NCBI RefSeq assembly: GCF_000189295.2
Contig: NC_016803.1
Location: forward strand, 3,390,001 to 3,422,000
Reading direction: 5' to 3'
Length of the DNA: 32,000 nucleotides
Origin: Pseudodesulfovibrio mercurii
Lineage (GTDB): Bacteria > Desulfobacterota > Desulfovibrionia > Desulfovibrionales > Desulfovibrionaceae
Shown: piece after piece, positions 15,905 to 23,763 of the stretch
Layout of the letters: the number at the start of each line of letters is the position of its first letter
Numbering within the stretch: position 1 is the stretch's first letter
Notes under the pieces: generated by a model
Database searches by the model: none
Told to the model about the DNA's origin: nothing
Seen by the model: only the letters and a program-made list of their open reading frames with translations
Translations under genes and position numbers: made by a program

Positions 15905-15919
15905 GGGCCCCTCCCGCGG

Positions 15920-16807
15920 TTAGAACCCCCAGGCGGACAGGGTCGCCCGTCGGTATCCCTGGTTCGCGGCCACATAGTCCAGGGCCAGGGAATCCAGGTC
16001 GTCCAGGACCGGGAGCGCCACGCGGTCCAGGTTCCGGAAGTCGATGGTCTTGACGTAGCTCTTGCAGGACTCGCAGACGTCCACCCGGAAGCCGGGCTCC
16101 TCGTCCACGGTGAAGAAGGTCAGCTTCTTCTGGTCGTCCTCGCCGCAGACCGGGCAGCTGATGCGCTTGATCCGGTAGTGGTGGCGGCAGAATGAACAGG
16201 TGGCGTGCCGGAACCCCTCCTTCTGTTCCAGGGAGGAGATGAGCGGCATGGACCCGCAGATGGGGCAGGTGCCCACGGGCTGGACCTTCACCTCGGGCAG
16301 CTTTTCGGCGAGCAGCCCGGCCGCGGCCTCCATGGACGGGCCCATGGCCGCCATGACCAGGAAGGGCAGGGTCCGGGGGGCGTCCTGCATGCGCTCGGCC
16401 CAGCGGCCGAAAAAGGCGGTGTCGTCGTCCAGGAAGCGGCGGAACAGCTCGTCCGGGGTCAGGTCCCCGGCCTCAAGGGCCTCGGCCACGATCCCGGCGC
16501 CTTCGCCCAGGGGACCGCCCGCCTTGCGGACCAGGGCGACGAGCTTGCCGAGCAGGCTCTCGGCCTGGGCCCGGTCAAAGGGAAAATCCTCGCGGTTGAT
16601 CAGCGAGACGCCCTGGAGCACGGCCTCGGGCGGGGTCAGGGCCTCGTCCGGCGGCAGGACCACCCGGGCTTCGGGCAGGGCGGCCAGTTGCAGGTGCGTG
16701 ACCTCGTCGAGCAGATCGATGAGTTCGGCGGATATGTAGGACTTCTTTCTCAGCTGGGCGAGCTTGCGGTCGAGCCTGCTCGTTTCAAGGGTCATGTCGC
16801 GTTCCAT
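15920..16807 (-). CDS. fdhE: formate dehydrogenase accessory protein FdhE
   Basis: Cys-pair motifs CPICGS, CSFCRH, CPVCGE and CESCKSY are typical of FdhE. I prefer the ATG at 16807 (GGAG with a 6-nt spacer) over the TTG at 16819 used by the ORF track. Confidence 0.92.
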   Translation of the reverse strand: MERDMTLETSRLDRKLAQLRKKSYISAELIDLLDEVTHLQLAALPEARVVLPPDEALTPPEAVLQGVSLINREDFPFDRAQAESLLGKLVALVRKAGGPLGEGAGIVAEALEAGDLTPDELFRRFLDDDTAFFGRWAERMQDAPRTLPFLVMAAMGPSMEAAAGLLAEKLPEVKVQPVGTCPICGSMPLISSLEQKEGFRHATCSFCRHHYRIKRISCPVCGEDDQKKLTFFTVDEEPGFRVDVCESCKSYVKTIDFRNLDRVALPVLDDLDSLALDYVAANQGYRRATLSAWGF

Positions 16808-16869
16808 GTTGTTCTCCAAAGTGTTTTCCTATCGTGAAAAACAGTAGGAGTGCGTGACGCATCTTGCCA

Positions 16870-16899
16870 AAGGTTTTACACTTACTCAAGGTTTTACAC
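16870..16899. repeat. 12-bp direct repeat AAGGTTTTACAC x2 (18-bp period) in the AT-rich fdhE upstream region
   Basis: Identical copies at 16870-16881 and 16888-16899, 60-90 nt upstream of the fdhE start. They sit in a stretch of about 170 bp that is clearly more AT-rich than the surrounding sequence (16830-17000). Confidence 0.6.
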
Positions 16900-17004
16900 C
16901 AAACAGTGTCAACCAATTGGAATACATGGAATTAAATTTAACAATTATGCTAAAGTGGACATACTTATTATAGAATGGCTCAATAAAACAGGCGGGTTAC
17001 AAAG

Positions 17005-17041
17005 GTCGAAAAAATCATGACCCAAAGCGGGAAGGGGGTCA
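17005..17041 (-). terminator. possible terminator overlapping the fdhD stop
   Basis: On the minus strand: TGACCC-(12 nt)-GGGTCA followed by TGATTTTTTC. The stem is short and the loop large, but the T-tract is good. Confidence 0.4.
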
Positions 17042-17824
17042 GAAGCCGATAATCCGGCCGGTGTCGTTGTAGACCCAGAAGCTGTCCGCGCGGATGTTGC
17101 CGATGAGGGTGATGCCGGTCTTCCTGGCCAGTTCCACCGAGAAGCTGGTGGCCACGGCCGTGGAGGCCAGGACCGGGACGCCGATGCGGACCACCTTGAG
17201 CAGGATTTCCGAGGCCACCCGGCCGGTGGTCACGATGAGCTTGTCGTCCACGGCCACGTCGTCCAGGAAGCACTGGCCGCAGATCATGTCGATGGCGTTG
17301 TGCCGTCCGATGTCCTCGCGGAACAGGAGCATCTCGTCCGGGGTGCACAGGGAGGAGTTGTGGCAGCCGCGCGTGGTCTTGTACAGGACCGAGCGCTCGT
17401 GCAGCTCCCCGGCCAGGGCCAGGATCTGATCCGGGGTGACGCGCACGTCGCCGCCGACCTTGCGCTTGGAGATGGTCGCCACGTTGCGCCCGAAGTTGGT
17501 GCCCTTGCCGCAGCCCGAGGTGATGGACCGCTCCATGACCCGGTCCTTCCACGGGTCGTGGCAGACCTCCACCTCGGCCACCAGCCGGTCGCCCTCGTCG
17601 CGCACGGTCAGGTCCGTGAGCTGGGCCGGGCTGGAGATGAAGGCGTCGGACTTGAGAAAGCCCACGGCCAGGTACTCCGGGTACTTGGCCGTGCACAGCA
17701 GGGTGACCACCTCGCGCCCGTTGAGCACGATGGTCAGCGGCACCTCCCGGATGGCGCTGATTCTCTTGCGGGTGAACCCCCGCCGGTATTCGTGGACGTC
17801 GTATTCGTGTGTTTCCGCGCTCAT
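17039..17824 (-). CDS. fdhD: formate dehydrogenase accessory sulfurtransferase FdhD
   Basis: ATG at 17824 (MSAETHEY...) with GGAGG 6 nt upstream. Motifs VEVCHDPW, SGCGKG (active-site Cys loop) and GRHNAIDM are typical of FdhD. 261 aa. Confidence 0.92.
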   Translation of the reverse strand: MSAETHEYDVHEYRRGFTRKRISAIREVPLTIVLNGREVVTLLCTAKYPEYLAVGFLKSDAFISSPAQLTDLTVRDEGDRLVAEVEVCHDPWKDRVMERSITSGCGKGTNFGRNVATISKRKVGGDVRVTPDQILALAGELHERSVLYKTTRGCHNSSLCTPDEMLLFREDIGRHNAIDMICGQCFLDDVAVDDKLIVTTGRVASEILLKVVRIGVPVLASTAVATSFSVELARKTGITLIGNIRADSFWVYNDTGRIIGF

Positions 17825-18089
17825 GGCCGCCTCCGCTCCCTTCCGCCCCCTTCCTATAACCGGGGGGCGGGTTCGGGCAAGCGGACCCATTTTACCCTGA
17901 CTCTCACACTGGGGCGGGCGGCGCTGACCTTAACAATTCTTGATGGACCGGCCGGTATCCCGGTGACCGGACGCCGCGATAAGGATTATGAACGGTCCGC
18001 TCCCGCCCGCCTTCCGCCCACGGGAAGGGGAGACTGTCGTCGGCAGTTGCCGGGGGGCTGGAAGAGAGCGGATTAACCAGGAGATGTCT

Positions 18090-18560
18090 ATGGAAATTCA
18101 ATCGTTGAGTTCCATGACCGGCATGATGGGAATGCAGGGCGGCATGATGAAGGCGACGGAGAAACCCGATGCCGAACAGATGTCCACCGACTTCCTCGAC
18201 GCCATGGATTCGGACGGGGACGGCCAGCTCAGCCAGTCGGAGTTCTCCGTGGGCGATGGCGAGACCATCGACGACGAGGCCTTCGACGCCCTGGACACCA
18301 ACCAGGACGGGTTCGTCTCCCAGGAGGAGCTCGAGGCCGACGCCCAGTCGAAGATCAATTCGATGTCGTCCATGTTCCAGGCCGGGAGCATGTTCTCCGG
18401 CATTGAGCAGACCGGCGACAGCGAGCAGTTTCAGCAATTGCTGGACATGATGGGGTCGTCCTCCTCGGACCAGGCGTCCGGGGCCTTGGCCTACGGCCAG
18501 ATGCAGGACGGTTCCTACGACATGGGTTCGTACGCCTCGGCCCTGAGCCTGAGCGCGTGA
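18090..18560 (+). CDS. acidic Met-rich protein with a pair of EF-hand Ca-binding loops
   Basis: Two canonical loops, DSDGDGQLSQSE and DTNQDGFVSQEE. AGGAG lies 6 nt upstream of the ATG at 18090 (alternative ATG at 18084). By my count 16 Met, 3 Lys and 0 Arg in 156 aa. Confidence 0.8.
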   Translation: MEIQSLSSMTGMMGMQGGMMKATEKPDAEQMSTDFLDAMDSDGDGQLSQSEFSVGDGETIDDEAFDALDTNQDGFVSQEELEADAQSKINSMSSMFQAGSMFSGIEQTGDSEQFQQLLDMMGSSSSDQASGALAYGQMQDGSYDMGSYASALSLSA

Positions 18561-18597
18561 CCGGTCCCACAGACCTTCCTTAGGGACCTCGGTCCCC

Positions 18598-18628
18598 GGC
18601 CGCCCCTCGCGGGCGGCCGTTTTTTTTA
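18598..18628 (+). terminator. rho-independent terminator after the EF-hand gene
   Basis: GGCCGCCC-CTCGC-GGGCGGCC followed by GTTTTTTTT. Confidence 0.88.
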
Positions 18629-18650
18629 CCCCCGAAAGGAGGCGTGAGCG

Positions 18651-18875
18651 ATGATCTACCCGGCCCCCATCCCCCTGGACCGCCTCAAGAGGGTCCTGAG
18701 CGTGCTGCGCGACAATCCCGGCCTGCCTCCGGCCGCCCTGGCCGAAGGGCGCGCGTCCGGCCCGGCCCGGTTTGATGCCCGGCTACAGGGCCTCGAGCAG
18801 GGAGGTCAGGGTGTCGCCCTGGGCCGTGTAGGTGGCGAGCAGGGCGTCGAGGGCGGCGTACTTGCGCTCCAGTGA
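18651..18875 (+). CDS. orphan ORF with strong SD; possibly a 5' gene remnant running antisense into fliD
   Basis: AAAGGAGG lies 8 nt upstream of the ATG at 18651. The first ~44 codons (18651-18782) have coding-like GC3. The last 93 nt overlap the fliD 3' end on the opposite strand. Confidence 0.2.
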   Translation: MIYPAPIPLDRLKRVLSVLRDNPGLPPAALAEGRASGPARFDARLQGLEQGGQGVALGRVGGEQGVEGGVLALQ

Positions 18876-20507
18876 CGTCTCCAACGCGTCCAACCGTTTC
18901 TCCTCATTGTAAATCTGGTTGTCCAGGCTGGTCACGCTCTCCTCGTAGTGGTCGATGAGGATGGTCAGGGAGCCGGTCTCCGCGTTGGTCACCGTGTCCA
19001 GGGCGTCGGACAGCTCGCCGATCTTGCCCTGCTTGACCCGGGCCGTGCCCTCGTAGTCGCCGTCCGCGCCCGAGGCGATGGACAGGTAGAGGCCCTTGGC
19101 GTCGCCCGAGGTGGCCAGGATGGTCTGGCCGTCTATGGCGGCCTCCTCGCCGTCGATGGTGGCCGAGGTGATCTCGCCGCCCGAGATGGTGTACTTGACC
19201 TCGTGCTCACCCGCTCCGGTGACCCCGTCGATGACCGAGATGACCTGGAAGTCCTCGCTGTCCGACTCGCCCTCGGCCCTGGCCGAGAACAGGGAGGCCA
19301 CGGCCGCGGCGTCCGTGTCCAGGGCGTCCTCCAGCTCATCCTCGTCCAGGAGGAGCTGGCCGTAGGTGTCGGAGTCCTCGTCCGTGTCCGTGTAGAAGCC
19401 GATTTGGGACAGGGCGTTGTAGTAGTCGCCGCCGGTCTCCTCGTCGTACCGCGTGAAGCCCAGGGCGGACGATGACAGGATGGACTTGATGTTGTTGTAG
19501 ACGATGTCCAGGGCGTAGCTGTCCAGGGTGTAGGTCTCGCTGTCGTCGTCCGTGTCCTGCTCCTCGGTGACGCGGCCGGTCAGGATCTGGATGTCCTCGA
19601 TGATGGCGTTGAGGGACTCCTGGAACTCCAGGATGGTGTCGTACATGTCGTCGGTGTCGTACTCCACCGAGACCTGGAGGGTGTCGCCGTCCGTGGTGTC
19701 CTTGAGGTTGAAGGTCAAGCCGTCCACCACGTCGTCGATGGCGTTGGAGTCGCGCTCGATCCAGTCGCCCTCGCCCGGCGGGAAGCCGTCCACCTTGATC
19801 TGCGAGTTCTGGCCGGTCTGGGTGTTGACGAAGCCGCCCGCGCTCATGCCGCTCAGGGAGCCCGTGTCCGTGATCGTGATGTTGTTGTCCGCGCCCGCGT
19901 CGCAGCTCTTGAGCATCAGGTAGCAGGCGTCGCCGTCGTTCATGATGGAGGCCTCGAACTTGTCGCGGGCGTCCACCGAGCCGTTGATGGTCGTGATCAG
20001 CCCCTCCAGGGTGGTCCCGGCGGCCACGTCGATGGTGATGTCCTCGCCGCCGTAGTTCACGGTCAGGGTGGTGGCCTCGTCGGCGATGACCGTGTCCTCG
20101 GACTCGTAGGCGGTGTCCATGTTCACCCAGACGTCGTTCAGGGCCAGCTGGTTGACGGAGATGGTGTGGATGCCCGGTTCGGCGTCGCCGTCGGCGTCCA
20201 CCTCCACCTGGTCGTCGCTGACCTCGGCGACCATGGAGTAGAACTCGTCGGGCTCGTCCATGTCGTCCAGGATGTCGTTGAATTCGTCGATCTCGTCCGA
20301 GAGCTGGTCCATGAGGTCGATGAGGTATTCGTACTCCTCCTTCTGGTCCTCGTATTCCTCCAGCTGGTAGCTCTCGGAATCCACGATGGCGTCGATGATC
20401 TCGGAGAAGTCCGTGCCGTTGCCGAGCCCCGAGAAGGAGATGTCCCCGGAGGTGGTCAGCGGCTCGTAGGCCTCGACGGTGCTGGAAAGGGAGGAAACGT
20501 AGCCCAT
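18783..20507 (-). CDS. fliD: flagellar filament capping protein FliD (hook-associated protein 2)
   Basis: 574 aa. N-terminal ISFSGLGNGTDFSEIIDAIV. C-terminal coiled coil LDNQIYNEEKRLDALETSLERKYAALDALL. GGAGG lies upstream. Starts 9 nt after flgL. Confidence 0.88.
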   Translation of the reverse strand: MGYVSSLSSTVEAYEPLTTSGDISFSGLGNGTDFSEIIDAIVDSESYQLEEYEDQKEEYEYLIDLMDQLSDEIDEFNDILDDMDEPDEFYSMVAEVSDDQVEVDADGDAEPGIHTISVNQLALNDVWVNMDTAYESEDTVIADEATTLTVNYGGEDITIDVAAGTTLEGLITTINGSVDARDKFEASIMNDGDACYLMLKSCDAGADNNITITDTGSLSGMSAGGFVNTQTGQNSQIKVDGFPPGEGDWIERDSNAIDDVVDGLTFNLKDTTDGDTLQVSVEYDTDDMYDTILEFQESLNAIIEDIQILTGRVTEEQDTDDDSETYTLDSYALDIVYNNIKSILSSSALGFTRYDEETGGDYYNALSQIGFYTDTDEDSDTYGQLLLDEDELEDALDTDAAAVASLFSARAEGESDSEDFQVISVIDGVTGAGEHEVKYTISGGEITSATIDGEEAAIDGQTILATSGDAKGLYLSIASGADGDYEGTARVKQGKIGELSDALDTVTNAETGSLTILIDHYEESVTSLDNQIYNEEKRLDALETSLERKYAALDALLATYTAQGDTLTSLLEAL

Positions 20508-20516
20508 GACGGCCTC

Positions 20517-21710
20517 CTAGATGTAGTCGAGCAGGGACATGCTCATGATGCTGGACGAGGTGGACAGGACCGCCTCGTACACGTAGTTGGCCTGCTCCAA
20601 CTCGACCACGAGCTGGGTGGCGTCCGCGTCCTCGATGGAACTGATGGAGTTGGTGGTCAGCGACTTGACCAGGGAGAGCGAGGTCTGGGTGTAGGTGATC
20701 TTGTTCTCCCGCGCGCCGATGTCGGCCGCGCCGGTCTCCACGGTCTCGTGGCAGTCGCCCAGGTCCTCGAGACACTGGGCCACGGCCTCGGAGTCCCCGT
20801 TCTGCATGTGGACGATGCAGTCGGACAGGGTCTCGAACAGGTTGGGCGAGCCGTAGGCCTGGCCCGTGGACGGGTCCACGCCCCCGAAGATGTCGCTGCC
20901 CACGGAGTTCATGTCCACGGACGTGCTCTCGGAGATGCCCACGGACATGGCCTTGGCACTGCCGGTGTAGACGCAGGCCGGGCGCAGGTAGAAGAGCGAG
21001 CCCCCGCCGTCGTCGTCGGCCGCCGTGACGGCCGTGGACGCGGCCAGCTCCACCTGGGCGTCGCCCAGGTCAAGGACCGTGTCGCCCGCGGCCAGGGTGG
21101 CCGAGGTCCAGGTGTCGCCGCCGTCCGTGGAGTATTCGTAGTCCAGGGCGTCGGTGCCCACGGTCCCGCTTGACGTGAAGCGCACGGCCACGGTGTCGTC
21201 CACCTCGCCGGTCAGGGAGACGAAGTCCGAGGCCGCGAGGGCGTCATTGGACAGGGTCACGCCCAACCCCATCTCGTAGGCGTTGTCCCCGGTGTCGTCC
21301 CCGGCGAAGATGGAGTCCGAGCCCACCTGGGTGTTGGCGATGGCGTACAGGGCGTCGAGGTAGCCCTGCATCTCCAGGGCCATCATGTCGAGTTCCTCGT
21401 CGGTGTAGGTCTCGGTGGAGGCCTGCTCGGCCAGCTCCAGGGCCGCCGTGATGGTCTCGCTGGCCGTGCCCAGGACGTCGTCGGCCGTGCCCAGGTAGTC
21501 CAGGGCCACGCCGCAGTTGTCGATGTACCCGGTCAGGGAGTTGCCGTAGCCGCTGAGTTCGACGATCCTGCCCATGCCCGCCGGGTCGTCCGACGGGCTG
21601 TTCACCTGCTTCTGGCTGGCGTTCATGATCGTCAGCTTGGTGACGTCGTTGAGCGCCGAGTTCATCTGGTTGAGGCTGAGCGAGTAGATCTGTGCCGTGC
21701 TGATGCGCAT
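20517..21710 (-). CDS. flgL: flagellar hook-associated protein 3 FlgL
   Basis: 397 aa. N-terminus MRISTAQIYSLSLNQMNSALNDVTKL...SPSDDPAG. Flagellin-like C-terminal helix. Position is directly after flgK. Confidence 0.9.
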   Translation of the reverse strand: MRISTAQIYSLSLNQMNSALNDVTKLTIMNASQKQVNSPSDDPAGMGRIVELSGYGNSLTGYIDNCGVALDYLGTADDVLGTASETITAALELAEQASTETYTDEELDMMALEMQGYLDALYAIANTQVGSDSIFAGDDTGDNAYEMGLGVTLSNDALAASDFVSLTGEVDDTVAVRFTSSGTVGTDALDYEYSTDGGDTWTSATLAAGDTVLDLGDAQVELAASTAVTAADDDGGGSLFYLRPACVYTGSAKAMSVGISESTSVDMNSVGSDIFGGVDPSTGQAYGSPNLFETLSDCIVHMQNGDSEAVAQCLEDLGDCHETVETGAADIGARENKITYTQTSLSLVKSLTTNSISSIEDADATQLVVELEQANYVYEAVLSTSSSIMSMSLLDYI

Positions 21711-21726
21711 GGATGGCTCCTTTGGA

Positions 21727-23736
21727 TCAGACCATGTCCAGGACGGTTTCCATCATTTCCCTGGTCACGCTGATGATCTGTGCGGCGGCCTCGTAGGCCT
21801 GCTGGTACTTGGTCAGTTCGATGAGCTCCTCGTCCACGTTGACCTCGGAGGTCGAGGCCTGCTGCTCGTAGAGGTAGTCCACCGAGGTCTGGGCGTAGGT
21901 CTGCTGGAGCTCGGCGGCGGACGCGGCCGCGCCCACCGAGGCCACCAGGGAGGCCAGGGCCGAGGTCAGGGTGGTCTCGGTACCGCCCACGGTCACGGTC
22001 TGTTCGCCCAATTCGGCCATGATCGAGGCCACCTCGTTGGAGCCCGAGGATGTCAGGCCGTCCTCGCCGACCACGCCGGTGTTGAGGTGCGAGGTGTTCG
22101 TGGTCACGTAGTCGTCGATGCCGATGGTCCCGGCGTCGGTGCCGGTGAAGTAGGTGTTCAGGCCCAGCGCGGCCAGGAGCCCGGAGGTGTCGCCCGCGAC
22201 CTCGAACTCCATGTCCGTGCCCGAGGACAGGATCAGCTGTCCGTCGGTGATGGTGGCGGTCAGCTCCCCGGCGAAGGCCGCGTTGATGTCGGCGGCCACG
22301 TCGTCCAGGGAGTCGGTGGCCGGGTCGATGGACAGGATGGCCGTGGTCGAGACGTTGCCGTCCGCGTCGTAGGTGATCAGGGTCAGCTCGCCCGCCTCGA
22401 TGTTGTCCTCGTAGTGCAGGCCGCTGTTGCTGAGCATGGCCGACGAGTCGTCCACGGAGTAGCTGGCGGTCAGCGACGTGTGGTGTTCGAGCCCCGCGCC
22501 CTGGGAGTGGGCCGAGTTGACCTCCCAGATGATGGACTCGGCCAGGTCGTCCAGCCCGGCGATGGTGTCGTAGACCGTATCGTCGCGGACCGTGAACAGA
22601 CCGGCCAGGCTGCCGCTGGAGGTCCGCCCGGAGACGTTGTCGCCGCTGTCGTCGGTCAGGGGGGTGATGTTCTTCAGGCCGCCGTCGCCGGACTCCCAGT
22701 ACAGGCCGGACTTGGCCATGACCGTGTAGCGGTCGCCCTCGGCGTGGTCGGCCGTGCCGTCCTCGAACCAGAGGGTGATGCCCTCGATCTCCACCGAGTT
22801 GTCCTCGCCGTCGGCGGTGTAGAGCATGACGTCGCCGTTGTCGTCGGTCAGCCAGGTGCTGCCGCCGTCGGTGGAGACCTTGAACTGGGCCGTGCCGTCC
22901 GGGCCCGAGGAGACGAACTCGATGAGCAGCTCTTCGCCGGACTCGCCCGAGAAGTTCAGGGTCCCGTCGTAGTCCGAGCCGCGCACCAGGGACTGGGTCA
23001 CCCCGATGTCCGCGTAGACCAGGTTGTGGGTGTCGGTTCCGTCCACGAGCGAATATCCCTCCTCGGTCAGGATGGTGACCGTGTTGTCGGACTGGTAGAG
23101 GACGTCCACGCCGATGAGGGCGTCCAGCTCCCGGATCATCTGGTCGCGGTCGGACACGGCCTGGTTGTCGTCCGGGTTGGCCGCGATGGCCGCGTTGGCC
23201 TCGGCGATGTCGCTGATCAACTGGTTGGCCTCGTCCACCTGGTCCTGGATGTCCGCGTTGATGGTCTCGACCATGGTGTCCAGGGTGGAGGAGGTGGAGT
23301 TCAGCGCGTAGACCAGGGTCTCGGTGGTGCCGAGCAGGTCCTCGCGGGCGGACAGGGAGTCCGGGTCCGTGACCAGCTCGTTCCAGGCGTCGAAGAACTC
23401 CTCCATGACGTCGGACAGGCCGCCGTCGGACTGGTTCAGCAGGGAATCGAGCTGGTCCAGGTAGTCCAGCGCGCTGGACTGGGTGGCCAGGTCGGCCACC
23501 GCGTCCAGGTACTGTGCCTCCACGAACTTGTCCCACTCGGACTGGATGGACGTGATGTCCGCGCCCGTGCCCACGGTCAGACCGTTGATGGTGATGGAGC
23601 TGCTCGTGTCGTACTCCACCGTGGTGCGCTGGTAGCCGGTGGTGTCCGCATTGGCGATGTTGTTGGACGCGTTGTTGACCGAGACCTGCGCGTTTTGCAG
23701 GGACGTCTTCCCGATGTTGTAGAGATTGTTGATCAT
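21727..23736 (-). CDS. flgK: flagellar hook-associated protein 1 FlgK
   Basis: 669 aa. N-terminus MINNLYNIGKTSLQNAQVSVNNASNNIANADTTGYQR. C-terminus ELIELTKYQQAYEAAAQIISVTREM. Confidence 0.93.
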   Translation of the reverse strand: MINNLYNIGKTSLQNAQVSVNNASNNIANADTTGYQRTTVEYDTSSSITINGLTVGTGADITSIQSEWDKFVEAQYLDAVADLATQSSALDYLDQLDSLLNQSDGGLSDVMEEFFDAWNELVTDPDSLSAREDLLGTTETLVYALNSTSSTLDTMVETINADIQDQVDEANQLISDIAEANAAIAANPDDNQAVSDRDQMIRELDALIGVDVLYQSDNTVTILTEEGYSLVDGTDTHNLVYADIGVTQSLVRGSDYDGTLNFSGESGEELLIEFVSSGPDGTAQFKVSTDGGSTWLTDDNGDVMLYTADGEDNSVEIEGITLWFEDGTADHAEGDRYTVMAKSGLYWESGDGGLKNITPLTDDSGDNVSGRTSSGSLAGLFTVRDDTVYDTIAGLDDLAESIIWEVNSAHSQGAGLEHHTSLTASYSVDDSSAMLSNSGLHYEDNIEAGELTLITYDADGNVSTTAILSIDPATDSLDDVAADINAAFAGELTATITDGQLILSSGTDMEFEVAGDTSGLLAALGLNTYFTGTDAGTIGIDDYVTTNTSHLNTGVVGEDGLTSSGSNEVASIMAELGEQTVTVGGTETTLTSALASLVASVGAAASAAELQQTYAQTSVDYLYEQQASTSEVNVDEELIELTKYQQAYEAAAQIISVTREMMETVLDMV

Positions 23737-23763
23737 CGCGTCCTCCGATCAGGTCTTTGACGT

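Noticed and set aside
14850-16050. Terminal inverted repeats or target-site duplication that would define a complete IS1595-family element around 14975..15904.
   Set aside because: None was found by eye. The upstream flank is the fdhE coding sequence only 15 nt away. It is therefore reported as a transposase-like CDS, not a mobile element.
17825-17990. Possible Moco riboswitch or other structured leader upstream of fdhD.
   Set aside because: The GC-rich leader has several possible stems, but I cannot match the conserved Moco motif elements from memory. A covariance-model scan would be needed, so I make no call.
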